Part shown: one piece after another, positions 62,794 through 64,000 of the stretch | How the letters are laid out: each line of letters starts with the position of its first letter | How positions within the stretch are numbered: the stretch's first letter is position 1 | Source: Lama glama | Taxonomy: Eukaryota | Length of the DNA stretch: 64,000 nucleotides | Reading direction: 5' to 3' | NCBI GenBank assembly: GCA_028534125.1 | Contig: CM052817.1 | Location: 15,688,001 to 15,752,000, forward strand | The notes under the pieces: model-generated | What the model saw: only the letters and a program-made list of their open reading frames with translations | Database searches by the model: none | Told to the model about the DNA's origin: nothing | Position numbers and translations under genes: made by a program

Positions 62794-62932
62794 GGGGGAT
62801 GGTATAGCTCAAATGGTAGAGTGCAGGCTTAGCATGCATGAGGTCCTGGTTTCAATCCCCAGTACCTCCTCTAAGAATAAGTAAATGAACCTGCTTACTT
62901 CCCCCCAAAATTAAATTAAGTTAAATTAAATT
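62794..62932 (+). mobile_element. Camelid tRNA-derived SINE (Vic-1 type)
   Basis: gggggatggtatagctcaaatggtagagtgc (A box)...ggtttcaatcccc (B box)...(ttaaa)n tail; TSD aaaatgttctatacagt (62777-62793) / aaaaagtcctatacagt (62933-62949), 15/17 identical. Confidence 0.9.
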
Positions 62933-63060
62933 AAAAAGTCCTATACAGTTTAAGCTCCAGTGGAAATAAGTTAGGATCTGAGGCTTATCCACTGAATCTC
63001 AGAAGTGCTTAGAATCCACCGCTGTAGATGAATGAAATATTTGGGCAAGATAATGGTAGA

Positions 63061-63237
63061 TTTTTTTTTTGTTGTTCCTAATCATTTATTTTTGTTTTGT
63101 TTTATTTTTTGTGCCTTTTTTATTGTAGTGTAGTCAGTTTACAATGTTGTGTCAATTTCTGATGTACAGCATAATGTTTCAGTCACATATATACATACAT
63201 ATATTTGTTTTCATATCCTTTTTCATTTTAGGTTACT
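63061..63237 (-). mobile_element. Short L1 3' terminus with long T-rich tail
   Basis: gtagtcagtttacaatgttgtgtcaatttctgatgtacagc; TSD gataatggtag(a) at 63049 / gataaatggtag(g) at 63238. Confidence 0.85.
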
Positions 63238-64000
63238 GATAAATGGTAGGTTTTTATTTTCTATTTTGATAAAATTATTGGCAAATCTCACAGTGGTATT
63301 AAATAGAAATAGAGTCATGGGAAGTGCCTCTTGCGTCATTTAGCAGATTTCAGTGTACTATTGATTGCTCTTTCACATTTCCAATAATTACGAACATTTT
63401 TTTTTCTGTAGGAGAAAGGGGGCCAGGGGCTGGGATATATTTAGCCCCCTTTCCTATTGCTAGGTTTATGCTGAATCTTGCAGTGTAAGCGGTTGGGCAT
63501 GGGGACTACTATCTGAAATCAGGGGAGGACAGAGCGCAAATAATGTATTCTCTGGCTTCTCAGTCACAAGGACCACCAGTCGCCTACGAGGCACAGTAGA
63601 CATCCTGACAATAAGTCGTATCAGCAGCTGTCTATCAGCTTCTCCCATATTTAACCTGATGACTTACATATGATGGAGGAGCGGGGAGGTGTATTCTGTT
63701 ACAAGTCTTCAAAAAATATTCAGTCCATTATAGTCAAATTGTTTCCTAAGCTGAATATTTAGCAGGTTTCTCACTAGAAGCAATGGCTTGGACTTAAAAG
63801 TCACACTTTCCAGGGTTAAGTACAAAAACAGAGCTCATCCATTTGATAAAGCCCCACGTCACTTCTTACAGAAATCACCACGTCCGCCTTTGCTGTTTGA
63901 AAGGAGACAAGGTAAAATACAGAAGGTGCACGTTACCTTAGAGCTGAAAGCCATCCATGAATATGGAAAAGAGGGGGAGGGGGAGGGAGATCCAGAGAGG

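Noticed and set aside
62794..62870. tRNA gene (also 8210-8285 on -)
   Set aside because: The tRNA-like head continues into a SINE body and A-rich tail with TSDs, so these are SINE copies.
1..64000. Supplied ORFs (60-147 aa) as protein-coding genes
   Set aside because: They are short, often have non-ATG starts, many lie inside repeats, none has a recognisable host domain, and there is no consistent exon chain. This is what chance gives in AT-rich mammalian DNA.
1..64000. CRISPR array, operon-like system or foreign insert
   Set aside because: No regularly spaced repeat-spacer array, gene-dense segment or compositional break; mammalian repeats are spread through the whole window.

Overview
Mammalian non-coding DNA (intergenic or a large intron), AT-rich and CpG-poor, with one 100-N assembly gap at 50216-50315. 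It is most likely from a camelid: it carries two tRNA-derived SINEs matching the Camelidae Vic-1 type and cetartiodactyl-type L1 3' ends, and I saw no Alu, B1/B2, BovB/Bov-tA or PRE1. No protein-coding gene, real RNA gene or CpG island can be supported. The supplied ORFs are chance or repeat-derived; only 29517-29837 carries a recognisable remnant, a decayed ERV-L dUTPase. Much of the window is ancient repeat debris (many MIR and L2, old L1, hAT and Tigger MITEs) plus seven LTR insertions, all on the + strand. I find no evidence for a previously undescribed biological system. The best leads are modest: (1) a complete MER41-like solo LTR whose two STAT1/GAS positions are each one base from consensus; (2) a perfect CACGTG-N7-CACGTG tandem E-box; (3) a deleted ERV-L provirus ending in LTR33 with a nested MLT1 LTR; (4) two perfect palindromes; (5) several repeat-free, motif-rich islands; (6) weak hints of a minus-strand host transcript. 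Repeat family names come from recalled consensus sequences, not from a search. Boundaries of old repeats are approximate (tens of bp) unless a target-site duplication (TSD) is quoted.
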